DNA of 64,000 nucleotides from Bacteroidales bacterium (GTDB lineage Bacteria; Bacteroidota; Bacteroidia; Bacteroidales; JAAYJT01): assembly GCA_014860575.1 (NCBI GenBank), contig JACZJK010000025.1:1692-65691 (forward strand). The letters run 5' to 3'. A program made the translations under genes and the position numbers. A model generated the notes under the pieces. The model was not told the origin of the DNA, made no database searches, and was given only the letters and a program-made list of their open reading frames with translations. Positions 41,551-50,255 of this stretch are shown piece after piece; the stretch's first letter is position 1; every line of letters begins with the position of its first letter.

Positions 41551-43785
41551 TTAACTGCGCTGCTGTTCAAATGTGTATTTGAGGTAATCAACCAGCAAGG
41601 GAAGGTCTTCAGCATTAACGCCATTTTTGATCAAATACTGCCTGTCGTCATCGAAACCGGCCATAAACTGCTGCATTGAGTTATCCTTTTGATTCAGGCT
41701 ATGAAGGTAACTGTTGATTGCTTCCTGCTTTAGGTTCTGACAAAGCAAAACATGCCCGAGGTTCATAAAATCATATTTGTTGGGATCACCTTCAATCAAT
41801 CTCTCATAGTAATGTTTTGCTTCCTCCAGTTTGCCTGATACGAAAAGACACCATGAAATTGGTCTGATCACCCCAAGGTTTCCGGGAGAGGCCAACTCAA
41901 CTTTATAATAGTAATTGAGGGCCTGTTTGTAATCCTTTAAATTAAGATAACAATTTCCGATTGTGATTTGTAAATGAAGGTTCTCAGGTTCAAGATTTTC
42001 TGCTTCCTTGTAGCTTGTAATGGCTTGTTCATAATTTTTCAACATCCACTCAACCCGTGCAATTTTACGCAGGTTCCATGCCCTGTTTTGTTCAAAAAGT
42101 TCAGCCTTGCGGTAATATAATAATGCTTGAGGGTAGTTATTTAGTTTTTCATAGCAGTAGGCAATTTTCTCAAACACTTCCTGCGTATTATCCCCTTCCT
42201 CGTTAATTCTTTTATAAATTTCAATTGCTTCGCCAAAGTATTCCTTTTCGAAGTAGAAATCTGCATAGCTCTTCCATGCGGCACTGTTTGTTATAATATG
42301 CTTCATGAAGCCTTTATTGTGAAAATCGAACCTGAATTTGAAAATATCGTCAAGTTCCTGCCGCCGTGGGTAAATCTTGAAGAACCGATACAAATCCTGG
42401 ATGTACTGTGTATAAATGCTATTGGTCTTCTTACGGGCATCAAGAATGTCTTCTTCCTTTTCCATTTCCTTCATGCCTTCCACTTCGGCTGAAAACATTT
42501 GAATCATTATTTCTTTTTGCTGGCTTTGCATTGAACCCAGGCTCAGGCAAAACGAAAATTTGTCTGAATTGCACATATAATGCGAGCGGGTCAAACCGTC
42601 AATGAACACATCCCTGAAATGAGGTTCCTCACCGGCAAGCGTTTCTTCAACGATATTGTGTTTTGTATGAAACGGCATAAACCAATTCATCAATTCATTG
42701 AAGAAAGGGAAATGCTTGAGATTGGCAAAAGTGCTCATAAACACATCCATGCCTTCGAGTTGCATCCGTGTGATTTCTTCCAACTTATTTATCAGATCCG
42801 GACTATCTTCAAAGAATTTCTGCCATTTTGGATTTTTATCTGCCGAAGGATCGTCTGAAACGATCTTATTCAGTCCCAGTTTGTCTTCGAGTTTGGGAGC
42901 ATGTTTCACAATGTCGGGCATAATTTCTTCCCGGAACTTTTTTGTAACCTTATCGGTATCTTTCGCCTTGAACAATTGAAAAATCAAGGTTTTGGCATCC
43001 CGTTCAAGAATTTCATCACCCTGTATGGCTTTGAGGCGGTTCAGTATATGCGGGTATAAAAACAAACGATCATCATAACGATAAAGACCAATGAACAGCC
43101 CGGTGAAAGCGCGTTGCGAAATTTGAGGTTCATTATGGCCGTAACTTTCAAAGAGTATTTCGAACTTGAATGCATCGAACCCTTTGACCAGCCCCATCGT
43201 CACAGCGCTAATTACCAGGCATTTCTCGTGCCATTCAAATCTTTCTGAGTTGAGAATTTTCTGAACGAGTTGTTTATCACTTTCAGTCAATTTGCCACCA
43301 AACCACAACCAGCCAAACAAAACAAACAATAAATGTTTTTTCCTTAGTTCTTTATCCTGAGGCGATTTTCCCGTCTCGATTTCTGTTTCAATGAAGGCAT
43401 CATTGAGTTCCGAGTCAAATGAATAGCTTTCAAACATTTCAGTTACGTAAGCGGAGGTTTGCATCACCTTCTGGTCCGACTCTGGGTTTTGCAGGTATAT
43501 CTGAGATTTGATGTTTTCTGATAGTTTGTGTTTTATTCGATCCGAAAGTTCATACAAGCCCAGTTGCAAGCTTTTGTAAATTATTGAACGCTGCGGATCG
43601 TCCACACCAAGCATTGTATATTTTACAAGATTATGATAGGTTTCACTGATGCGCGCAATTTCATCAGTAAACTCTGCCGTGGCGGGCTCGCTAAGTTCCA
43701 GCATTTCAATAGCATCCTTGATTCGGTTCGCAATCATATAGTTATCAAAAGCCTCAAATGTTTTTTCAATGTCTTTCTTTTGCAT
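41551..43785 (-). CDS. Large cytoplasmic protein: ~480-aa uncharacterised N-terminal region plus C-terminal TPR repeats
   Basis: 744 aa. At least five TPR-like units in the last ~250 aa (for example AIEIYKRINE..., ALLYYRKAE..., AITSYKEAE..., ALNYYYKVE..., AKHYYERLIE). No P-loop seen. Confidence 0.7.
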   Translation of the reverse strand: MQKKDIEKTFEAFDNYMIANRIKDAIEMLELSEPATAEFTDEIARISETYHNLVKYTMLGVDDPQRSIIYKSLQLGLYELSDRIKHKLSENIKSQIYLQNPESDQKVMQTSAYVTEMFESYSFDSELNDAFIETEIETGKSPQDKELRKKHLLFVLFGWLWFGGKLTESDKQLVQKILNSERFEWHEKCLVISAVTMGLVKGFDAFKFEILFESYGHNEPQISQRAFTGLFIGLYRYDDRLFLYPHILNRLKAIQGDEILERDAKTLIFQLFKAKDTDKVTKKFREEIMPDIVKHAPKLEDKLGLNKIVSDDPSADKNPKWQKFFEDSPDLINKLEEITRMQLEGMDVFMSTFANLKHFPFFNELMNWFMPFHTKHNIVEETLAGEEPHFRDVFIDGLTRSHYMCNSDKFSFCLSLGSMQSQQKEIMIQMFSAEVEGMKEMEKEEDILDARKKTNSIYTQYIQDLYRFFKIYPRRQELDDIFKFRFDFHNKGFMKHIITNSAAWKSYADFYFEKEYFGEAIEIYKRINEEGDNTQEVFEKIAYCYEKLNNYPQALLYYRKAELFEQNRAWNLRKIARVEWMLKNYEQAITSYKEAENLEPENLHLQITIGNCYLNLKDYKQALNYYYKVELASPGNLGVIRPISWCLFVSGKLEEAKHYYERLIEGDPNKYDFMNLGHVLLCQNLKQEAINSYLHSLNQKDNSMQQFMAGFDDDRQYLIKNGVNAEDLPLLVDYLKYTFEQQRS

Positions 43786-43998
43786 TCTGTAGTAATTCTA
43801 ATCAATAAATTGTGCCGTAAAGTATTAACCTGTCCTTTTAATAGATTAGCATTTAAATACGGGTCAAACAAGTGGATGAAGTCTTCAACGCTTGCCGATT
43901 ATTAAACAACGCTAATAAGTTGTTACTTCAACACGCATTTCAACGTAACTTTAACATCTTTTAACAAACTGTGAAACAGTATTCCTGTCAACAAGAGC

Positions 43999-44006
43999 TA
44001 GATTTG
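43999..44006 (+). promoter_or_regulatory. Candidate -7 promoter box TAGATTTG upstream of the ABC transporter genes
   Basis: TAnnTTTG match 95 nt upstream of the ATG at 44101. Confidence 0.3.
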
Positions 44007-44100
44007 TACAAAAATCATGCTGCTAATTTTTCCTGACAAAATGTAACATAGCATCATCAATTCACGTCTAAATCCAGTATATCCAAAAATAACTACCGGT

Positions 44101-44790
44101 ATGATCAGAACAACTGAACTTACAAAAGTATTCCGGACTGATGAGATTGAAACCACTGCCCTGAATAAAGTCACATTCAGTATTCATGAAGGTGAATTTG
44201 TTGCCATTATGGGGCCTTCAGGCTGCGGAAAATCAACCTTACTTAATCTTCTGGGCCTGCTTGACAATGCAACATCAGGACAAATGTTTTTTCTCGACAA
44301 CGAAGTTACTTCCTTCTCGGAGAAGCAACGTGCCAACTTGCGTAAGCACAACATCGGATTTGTTTTTCAGAACTTTAACCTGATTGACGAACTCAATGTT
44401 TTTGAAAATGTTGAGCTGCCTTTAATTTATCTGGGCATCTCTAAGGCAGATCGTAAGCAAAAAGTGGATGAAGTACTTGAACGTATGCAGATCATGCATC
44501 GCCGCAAACACTTCCCACTGCAACTTTCGGGTGGACAGCAACAAAGAGTTGCCGTGGCCAGGGCTGTGGTTGCCAATCCCAAGCTAATTCTTGCCGATGA
44601 ACCCACCGGAAACCTTGACTCAGCCAATGGCGAAGAAGTGATGATGTTGCTCAGCCAGCTTAATAACGCCGGAACAACTATCATTATGGTAACCCATTCC
44701 CAGCATGATGCTTCCTATGCCCAACGCATCATTCAGTTATTCGACGGGCAAATTGTTACGGAGAATATTCATGCAGCGCAGGCAAGGTAG
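44101..44790 (+). CDS. ABC transporter ATP-binding protein (MacB/LolD-type)
   Basis: 229 aa with Walker A GPSGCGKST, signature LSGGQQQRVAVARA and Walker B ILADEPTGNLD. Confidence 0.93.
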   Translation: MIRTTELTKVFRTDEIETTALNKVTFSIHEGEFVAIMGPSGCGKSTLLNLLGLLDNATSGQMFFLDNEVTSFSEKQRANLRKHNIGFVFQNFNLIDELNVFENVELPLIYLGISKADRKQKVDEVLERMQIMHRRKHFPLQLSGGQQQRVAVARAVVANPKLILADEPTGNLDSANGEEVMMLLSQLNNAGTTIIMVTHSQHDASYAQRIIQLFDGQIVTENIHAAQAR

Positions 44791-44794
44791 CAAT

Positions 44795-44942
44795 GTCCCA
44801 AATCCCAAGTCCCAAGTCCCAAATTCAAAATTCAAAGCACCACCAATTGACAATTTAACCACTAAACAACACATCACTCAATTACTCCAATACTCCATTA
44901 CTCCATAACTCCACCACTGCATCACAGCATTACTGTATAACC
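44795..44942. repeat. Degenerate tandem heptamer then octamer array inside the ABC operon spacer
   Basis: GTCCCAA ATCCCAA GTCCCAA GTCCCAA ATTCAAA ATTCAAA, later TTACTCCA ATACTCCA TTACTCCA TAACTCCA CCACTGCA TCACAGCA TTACTGTA. It shares a 15-mer with 3084-3098 (reverse complement) and the 11-mer CACTGCATCAC (44915-44925) with 50003-50013 and 50027-50037. Confidence 0.8.
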
Positions 44943-44952
44943 TTAGAAAATT

Positions 44953-47376
44953 ATGCTAGCAAACAACCTCAAATACGCTTTACGGGCATTAAGCAGGAAT
45001 AAATTTCATGCTTTGCTCAATATCATGGGGCTGGCCATTGGGCTGGCATGCACCATCCTGATTTTGCTTTACCTCAGTGATGAACTTTCGTTTGATAAGC
45101 ATCATGAGAATTACAGTCGCATTTACAGACTTGAGTCAGATTTTAATATATCGGGGCGGCATGATAAGTTTGCAATTACATCTTTTCCTATTGGTCCGGC
45201 GCTTAAGCTGGAATATCCTGAAGTGATAGAATATGTCCGGATGTTCAGCCCGGGAGATAACTTCATCATCAAGTATGAAGAAAATAGTTTCAGTGAAAAA
45301 GACATTTATTTTGCTGATTCAACCATTTTTAATGTTTTCACACATGCGTTTATAAGTGGTTCGCCGCAAAATGCGCTTACTGAACCAAATTCAATGGTTC
45401 TCACGGCAAGCCTTGCAAAGAAACTTTTTGGTGATGAGGAGGCTATTAATAAAATGGTTCAGTCGCAGGACAACCAAAGTTTCAGGGTTACCGCTGTGAT
45501 TGAGGATTTGCCTGCCAATTCTCACTTGCGTTTCATTGGCTTGCTTTCAATGGCAACAGTAGCAAAAACTGTTGGTTTCGAACAATTCAACAGTTTGGAT
45601 CCCATAGGTTTCTGGAATGTTAATCCTTTTACTTATTTGCTGCTTACCGAAGGTGCAACTATGGAGGGTATTTATGAAAAATACGAACCTTTCAATGAGA
45701 AATATATTGAACCTATTGGCAATCAGATCAACGCCACGTTTGCGCCTATGTGGACACGTCTTGATGAAATTCATCTTGGATCGCAGCTCGAGGCCGATTT
45801 ACCAACCGGCAACAGGGCTTATATTTATATCTTCTCATCTTTAGCGTTGTTTATATTGCTACTTGCCATAATCAACTACATGAACATGGCAACAGCCCGA
45901 TCAGAAAAACGTGCCCGTGAAACCGGGATCCGTAAAGTAGCGGGTGCATACCGCGTACAACTTGTCATGCAGTTTCTTTCCGAATCGGTGATGGTAGCCA
46001 TTTTTGCTATGTTAATTGCTATAACGCTGGCTGCAATTTTGTTACCCTATTTTAACATACTTGCCGGAAAAATGCTTCTGCTGCCACAACTCTTCTCAGC
46101 CAATTTACTGACAGTTACATTTATTATTACATTAATCGCCGGGCTGCTGGCAGGTGTTTATCCGGCATTTTATCTTTCTTCGTTCAAGCCTGTTACCGTT
46201 TTAAAAGGTTCCGTTCAGGCTGGTCGAAATAAAGGAACACTTCGTAAATTACTGGTGACTTTCCAATTTATCATTTCAATAGTGATGATCATTGCCACTT
46301 TGGTTGTTACGGAGCAACTAAAATATCTGCAAAACAAAGACTTAGGGTACGATAAAAACAATATTGTTGTGATTGAATTGCAGGACACGGCATTTATCCG
46401 CAAAGTGCCATCCTTCCGGGATGAACTGCTTCATCATCCTGAAATCGTCGCGATGGCCACAAGCACATCGGTTCCAGGTGACATCCGTTCAATCCAGGTA
46501 ATGCGGGCCGAGCAGGAAGAGCAAATGGTGGAATACACTTTTAACTTGTTTCTGGCCGATTATGACTTCATGAGTATGTATGGGCTCGCACTCAAAGAAG
46601 GCCGTTGGTTCGACCGCGAAATGGGAACCGACCTGAATGAGGCAGTTGTTATCAATGAAACGGCTGCACGCAGGATGGGCTGGGGCGATGATGCTCTTGG
46701 CAAGAAGATTGATTTCGGCATTCAACTCGACGGCACTGCCAACCGAAATACCAAGGTAATAGGGGTTTTAAAGGATTTCCATTTTACCTCTTTGCATAAT
46801 GATATCGAGCCCATAACAATTTTCTTAAGCGACAGGCCCCGGCGATTTCTAAGTATTCGCATTGCTGAAGACCGACAGCAACAAGCTATCGCCTTAATCA
46901 GTGAAAAATGGATGGATTATGCTGTCAATCACCCGCTCAAGTATGAATTTCTTGAAGAAATATTAAACGAAAGCTATTCTGCAGAGGCATCTACCAGCAG
47001 AGTATTTACCACTTTCTCCGTACTTTCCGTTTTCATCGCTCTGATGGGCTTACTTGGACTTTCCTCATACCTTACCGAGCGAAGAACTAAGGAAATAGGG
47101 ATAAGGAAAGTACATGGGGCAACTGTACCGGCTATCCTTACCCTGCTTTACCGTGAATTTGCACTGTTGCTGGCAATTGCTTTTGTGGTTGCAACACCCG
47201 TTGCCTGGTGGTTGCTTACGCGCTGGCTGCAGGATTTCGCATTCCATACGAGTATCAAAGCGGCTTCGGTTTTGCTGGCAGCATTGATCACAATTGCCGT
47301 TACATGGTTCACAGTAAGTTATCATTCTTATAAGGCTGCCGTGAGCAATCCGGTGGATGCAATTAAGTATGAATGA
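44953..47376 (+). CDS. ABC transporter permease, duplicated FtsX/MacB-type
   Basis: 807 aa with two blocks, each a large periplasmic domain plus four FtsX-like TM helices. This is the typical Bacteroidota fused MacB-like permease. Confidence 0.9.
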   Translation: MLANNLKYALRALSRNKFHALLNIMGLAIGLACTILILLYLSDELSFDKHHENYSRIYRLESDFNISGRHDKFAITSFPIGPALKLEYPEVIEYVRMFSPGDNFIIKYEENSFSEKDIYFADSTIFNVFTHAFISGSPQNALTEPNSMVLTASLAKKLFGDEEAINKMVQSQDNQSFRVTAVIEDLPANSHLRFIGLLSMATVAKTVGFEQFNSLDPIGFWNVNPFTYLLLTEGATMEGIYEKYEPFNEKYIEPIGNQINATFAPMWTRLDEIHLGSQLEADLPTGNRAYIYIFSSLALFILLLAIINYMNMATARSEKRARETGIRKVAGAYRVQLVMQFLSESVMVAIFAMLIAITLAAILLPYFNILAGKMLLLPQLFSANLLTVTFIITLIAGLLAGVYPAFYLSSFKPVTVLKGSVQAGRNKGTLRKLLVTFQFIISIVMIIATLVVTEQLKYLQNKDLGYDKNNIVVIELQDTAFIRKVPSFRDELLHHPEIVAMATSTSVPGDIRSIQVMRAEQEEQMVEYTFNLFLADYDFMSMYGLALKEGRWFDREMGTDLNEAVVINETAARRMGWGDDALGKKIDFGIQLDGTANRNTKVIGVLKDFHFTSLHNDIEPITIFLSDRPRRFLSIRIAEDRQQQAIALISEKWMDYAVNHPLKYEFLEEILNESYSAEASTSRVFTTFSVLSVFIALMGLLGLSSYLTERRTKEIGIRKVHGATVPAILTLLYREFALLLAIAFVVATPVAWWLLTRWLQDFAFHTSIKAASVLLAALITIAVTWFTVSYHSYKAAVSNPVDAIKYE

Positions 47377-47540
47377 ATATCCTTCCTGTGTGTTCAATTT
47401 CGGGCAAGCAAGTTAAAATTGCGTACACTATCTAAACTAAAGACTTTACGATTTATCAAGCCAACTATTTGTAAATTAGCGGATTGAAAAATATGGCATG
47501 GTTTCGGCAAATAACAACTATCACCAAAATAATCTGTACC

Positions 47541-47984
47541 ATGAAGAAATTAATTACAATTCTGATTTGTCAGGCATTATTACTTGCTTCTGCCTCAGCA
47601 CAGGAACTGGATAAAGAAGTAGAAGACATCAAACAAGTTATTCTTTCAGCCTACGTTGAAGGAATTCAAAATGCGGGCGATGTCGAAGCCGTTGAACAAG
47701 GCTTTCATCCCGGTTTTGATATGCTTATACTGCAAAACAATGCACTTAACAAACTGGCGATCTATAACTGGATGATAAGTATCAAGCGCCGCAAGGCTGA
47801 CCCTGCAAGTGCAGACCTTCCGGAAGTAACCTGCAAGTTTCTTGACGTGGATGTTACCGGCGATGCAGCAGTTGTAAAACTGGAACTGCACCGCGAAGGT
47901 ACACTCCTGTTCACTGATTATCTTTGTTTGTATCGCTTTGAAGAAGGATGGAAGATTGTTACCAAGCTCTTTCACAGACATTAA
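47541..47984 (+). CDS. Secreted NTF2-like (SnoaL / lumazine-binding-like) protein
   Basis: Trimmed to the ATG at 47541. Signal peptide ending ASA/Q. About 125-aa cone-fold-like sequence ending YRFEEGWKIV. Confidence 0.5.
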   Translation: MKKLITILICQALLLASASAQELDKEVEDIKQVILSAYVEGIQNAGDVEAVEQGFHPGFDMLILQNNALNKLAIYNWMISIKRRKADPASADLPEVTCKFLDVDVTGDAAVVKLELHREGTLLFTDYLCLYRFEEGWKIVTKLFHRH

Positions 47985-48125
47985 TTTAATTTTATCCCAC
48001 AGGTAAGCATCCCGTTGTTTTCTTCTGAACCTCCTGATGGATTAGAACTTAGCTGATCGTACAATGGCTTAGGGCACTTATTCATGTGGTTGAATCTAAA
48101 GCAAACAATCAACTGCAGAACGCTG

Positions 48126-48163
48126 TTAATTGATTTATAGAAGACTCTCTATAAATCAATTAA
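48126..48163. promoter_or_regulatory. Perfect 16-bp inverted repeat (TTAATTGATTTATAGA-N6-TCTATAAATCAATTAA) 10 nt upstream of a start codon
   Basis: Read directly from the sequence: arms at 48126-48141 and 48148-48163, spacer AGACTC. Candidate operator or translation-occluding hairpin. Confidence 0.5.
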
Positions 48164-48173
48164 TATTAGCAGC

Positions 48174-49889
48174 ATGAAAAGTCTATTTCAATCGTTACTG
48201 ATAACACCTATAATATTTTTTCTGCATTCAGGCATAATGGCGCAGTCCGTTATTACACAAACTCCATTTCCAGGGGTTTCTGTTCCCCTTATACTCGGTC
48301 TTGAGCATGCCGGCGATCAATCCGGATATTTGTATCCTGTGAGCCAGCAAGGCCGCATTTATCGTTTTGACAAAAACAGTTCAAATCCCACTGCTGAGAT
48401 TTGGCTTGATATTACTGACAGGCTGGTTTCTGGTGGCGAACGCGGATTGCTCGGGCTGGCATTTCATCCTGATTTTGCAGACAATGGCCGCTTCTATGTA
48501 AATTACACTGCTCCCAGTCCTTTGAGAACTGTCATCTCTTCCTTTGAAACGGATCCGGAAACCGGGCATGCACTTCCAGATTCTGAAACCATTCTTCTGG
48601 TGTTCAACCAGCCTTTCACAAACCATAACGGTGGGGATATAGCATTCGGCCCTGATGGCTATCTCTACATTGCCTCTGGTGATGGAGGCTCTGGTGGTGA
48701 TCCGCAAAACAATGCCCAAAACACTCAAAATCTCCTGGGAGCCATGCTGCGCATTGATGTTGATAGTACTTCTGGTGAGCTTAATTACGCCATTCCTCCT
48801 GATAATCCTTTTGCCGGTTCACCCGATGGAAGAGACGAAATATTTGCCTGGGGACTGCGCAATCCCTGGCGCTTTAGTTTTGATTCACAAAACGGTTCGT
48901 TGTGGGCCGGTGATGTTGGGCAGAATGCCTGGGAGTGGATACATATTATTGAGAATGGCAAAAACTACGGCTGGCGTGTTATTGAAGGTTCGCATTGTTT
49001 TAATCCTCCAATTGGCTGTGATACAACAGGACTTGAAATGCCTGTTTTTGAATACAGTCAGGATAATGGAGACCGCTCGATTACCGGCGGTTTTGTGTAT
49101 TATGGTTCTAAAAATCCGGCATTATACGGGAAATACATCTATGGCGATTTTACATCCGGCAGGATATGGGCACTTGATTATGATTACGAAAATGGCGAAG
49201 CCGGCAATAATATTGAGCTTCTTGATTTAATCAGCAATGTTTCCTCGTTTGGTGTTGATGAAGAAGGTGAGATATATGTGCTGACTTATAGCGGCGGCAG
49301 CATACTCAGTTTGCTGGCAGTGCCGGTAGCGCCATTAATTTCTGAACCGTCAGGTGGTGATACAGTTTATAATATTCACACCATCAGTTGGGAAGAAGGG
49401 CCAGTGGTTGACCAGTACAATCTACAAGTGAGTCAAAGCCCTTTCTTTGAATCGCTGGTTATTGATGAAAATACTGCTGAACCAAGTCTGGAAATCACTT
49501 TACCTGATGGTGTCTTCTATGCAAGGGTAAAAGCCATGAATGAAGCCGGTGAAAGTAATTTCTCCACGGCTGTACAATACATCGTAACCGGAACAATCGG
49601 TATGGATGATATACGACCCAACACTGCGTTATTTGGTATTATAAGCATTGAACCAAACCCGGCAACATCTTTTGTAAGCATCCGTTTCCAGCTTCCGGAA
49701 AAAAATTATGCCCGGATCATTATGTATAATTCTTTGGGAGAGAAATTGTTGGATGTTGCTGAAGGCAATTTCACAACAGGGTCACATGATATCGGATTTC
49801 AAATCAACAGGCTCAAACCGGGCTTATATTTTCTGAAAATGAGTTCAAATGGCCATGAAGATGCGCGAAAGTTGCTTATAAAAAACTGA
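48174..49889 (+). CDS. PQQ-dependent (soluble glucose/sorbosone dehydrogenase-like) beta-propeller oxidoreductase with a T9SS type-A C-terminal sorting domain
   Basis: 571 aa with a signal peptide ending IMA/Q. Motifs ERGLLGLAFHPDF, NHNGGDIAFGPDGYLYIASGDGG and GLRNPWRFSFD. An Fn3-like middle domain. C-terminus IEPNPATSFVSIRF...GLYFLKM. Confidence 0.85.
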   Translation: MKSLFQSLLITPIIFFLHSGIMAQSVITQTPFPGVSVPLILGLEHAGDQSGYLYPVSQQGRIYRFDKNSSNPTAEIWLDITDRLVSGGERGLLGLAFHPDFADNGRFYVNYTAPSPLRTVISSFETDPETGHALPDSETILLVFNQPFTNHNGGDIAFGPDGYLYIASGDGGSGGDPQNNAQNTQNLLGAMLRIDVDSTSGELNYAIPPDNPFAGSPDGRDEIFAWGLRNPWRFSFDSQNGSLWAGDVGQNAWEWIHIIENGKNYGWRVIEGSHCFNPPIGCDTTGLEMPVFEYSQDNGDRSITGGFVYYGSKNPALYGKYIYGDFTSGRIWALDYDYENGEAGNNIELLDLISNVSSFGVDEEGEIYVLTYSGGSILSLLAVPVAPLISEPSGGDTVYNIHTISWEEGPVVDQYNLQVSQSPFFESLVIDENTAEPSLEITLPDGVFYARVKAMNEAGESNFSTAVQYIVTGTIGMDDIRPNTALFGIISIEPNPATSFVSIRFQLPEKNYARIIMYNSLGEKLLDVAEGNFTTGSHDIGFQINRLKPGLYFLKMSSNGHEDARKLLIKN

Positions 49890-49958
49890 GGTTTATCAAA
49901 AGGCGCTCTGGGATCAATTGCATAAAATGTCCTAAATTTCTCCGCCCTTCAGGGAAAA

Positions 49959-50037
49959 GTTGGCAGTTGGCAGACTGCAGTGGCAAAAACCCCATACTGT
50001 ATCACTGCATCACTGTATTGCTGCAACACTGCATCAC
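49959..50037. repeat. Degenerate tandem heptamer/octamer array
   Basis: GTTGGCA GTTGGCA GACTGCA GTGGCA..., then TACTGTA TCACTGCA TCACTGTA TTGCTGCA ACACTGCA TCAC. It contains CACTGCATCAC twice. Confidence 0.75.
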
Positions 50038-50062
50038 AAAAATAGCGACAACATGTTGGTTA

Positions 50063-50088
50063 GTTTCCAACCTTAAGCGCTTGGAAAC
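50063..50088. promoter_or_regulatory. 8-bp inverted repeat GTTTCCAA-N10-TTGGAAAC in the long leader region of the NtrC-type operon
   Basis: Read directly from the sequence. It lies about 170 nt upstream of the ATG at 50256. Function unknown. Confidence 0.3.
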
Positions 50089-50255
50089 TTAAAAAAATAG
50101 CTGGTATTTTGTTCAAGATAGTTGTCCGCTTTCGAACAATTACTAATTTAGCCATGCCAAACACGAGGTAAAACAAGACATATATCCGCTACGACACCGA
50201 GTTCCAAGGGATTGTAAGAATCATTTTGTTGTAAGCGGTTACAAACCCCAGAAAC

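Noticed and set aside
44705-44908. 67-aa ORF running from the end of the ABC ATPase gene through the repeat spacer.
   Set aside because: Its translation is repeat-driven low complexity (PNPKSQVPNSKFK...). It overlaps the ATPase 3' end in another frame. It is explained by the heptamer array rather than by coding.
44795-44942. The possibility that the short tandem arrays are CRISPR arrays or degenerate CRISPR remnants.
   Set aside because: The units are only 7-8 nt and directly abutting, with no spacers. There are no cas genes in the window. The period and structure are incompatible with CRISPR.
48072-48086. GGGCAC-N5-TCATG as a sigma-54 (-24/-12) promoter for the PQQ-dehydrogenase gene. I also scanned other TGGCAC occurrences, for example 14546 and 17530.
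   Set aside because: The -12 element does not match TTGC(A/T) at the required spacing. The other TGGCAC hits are inside coding regions without a -12 partner.
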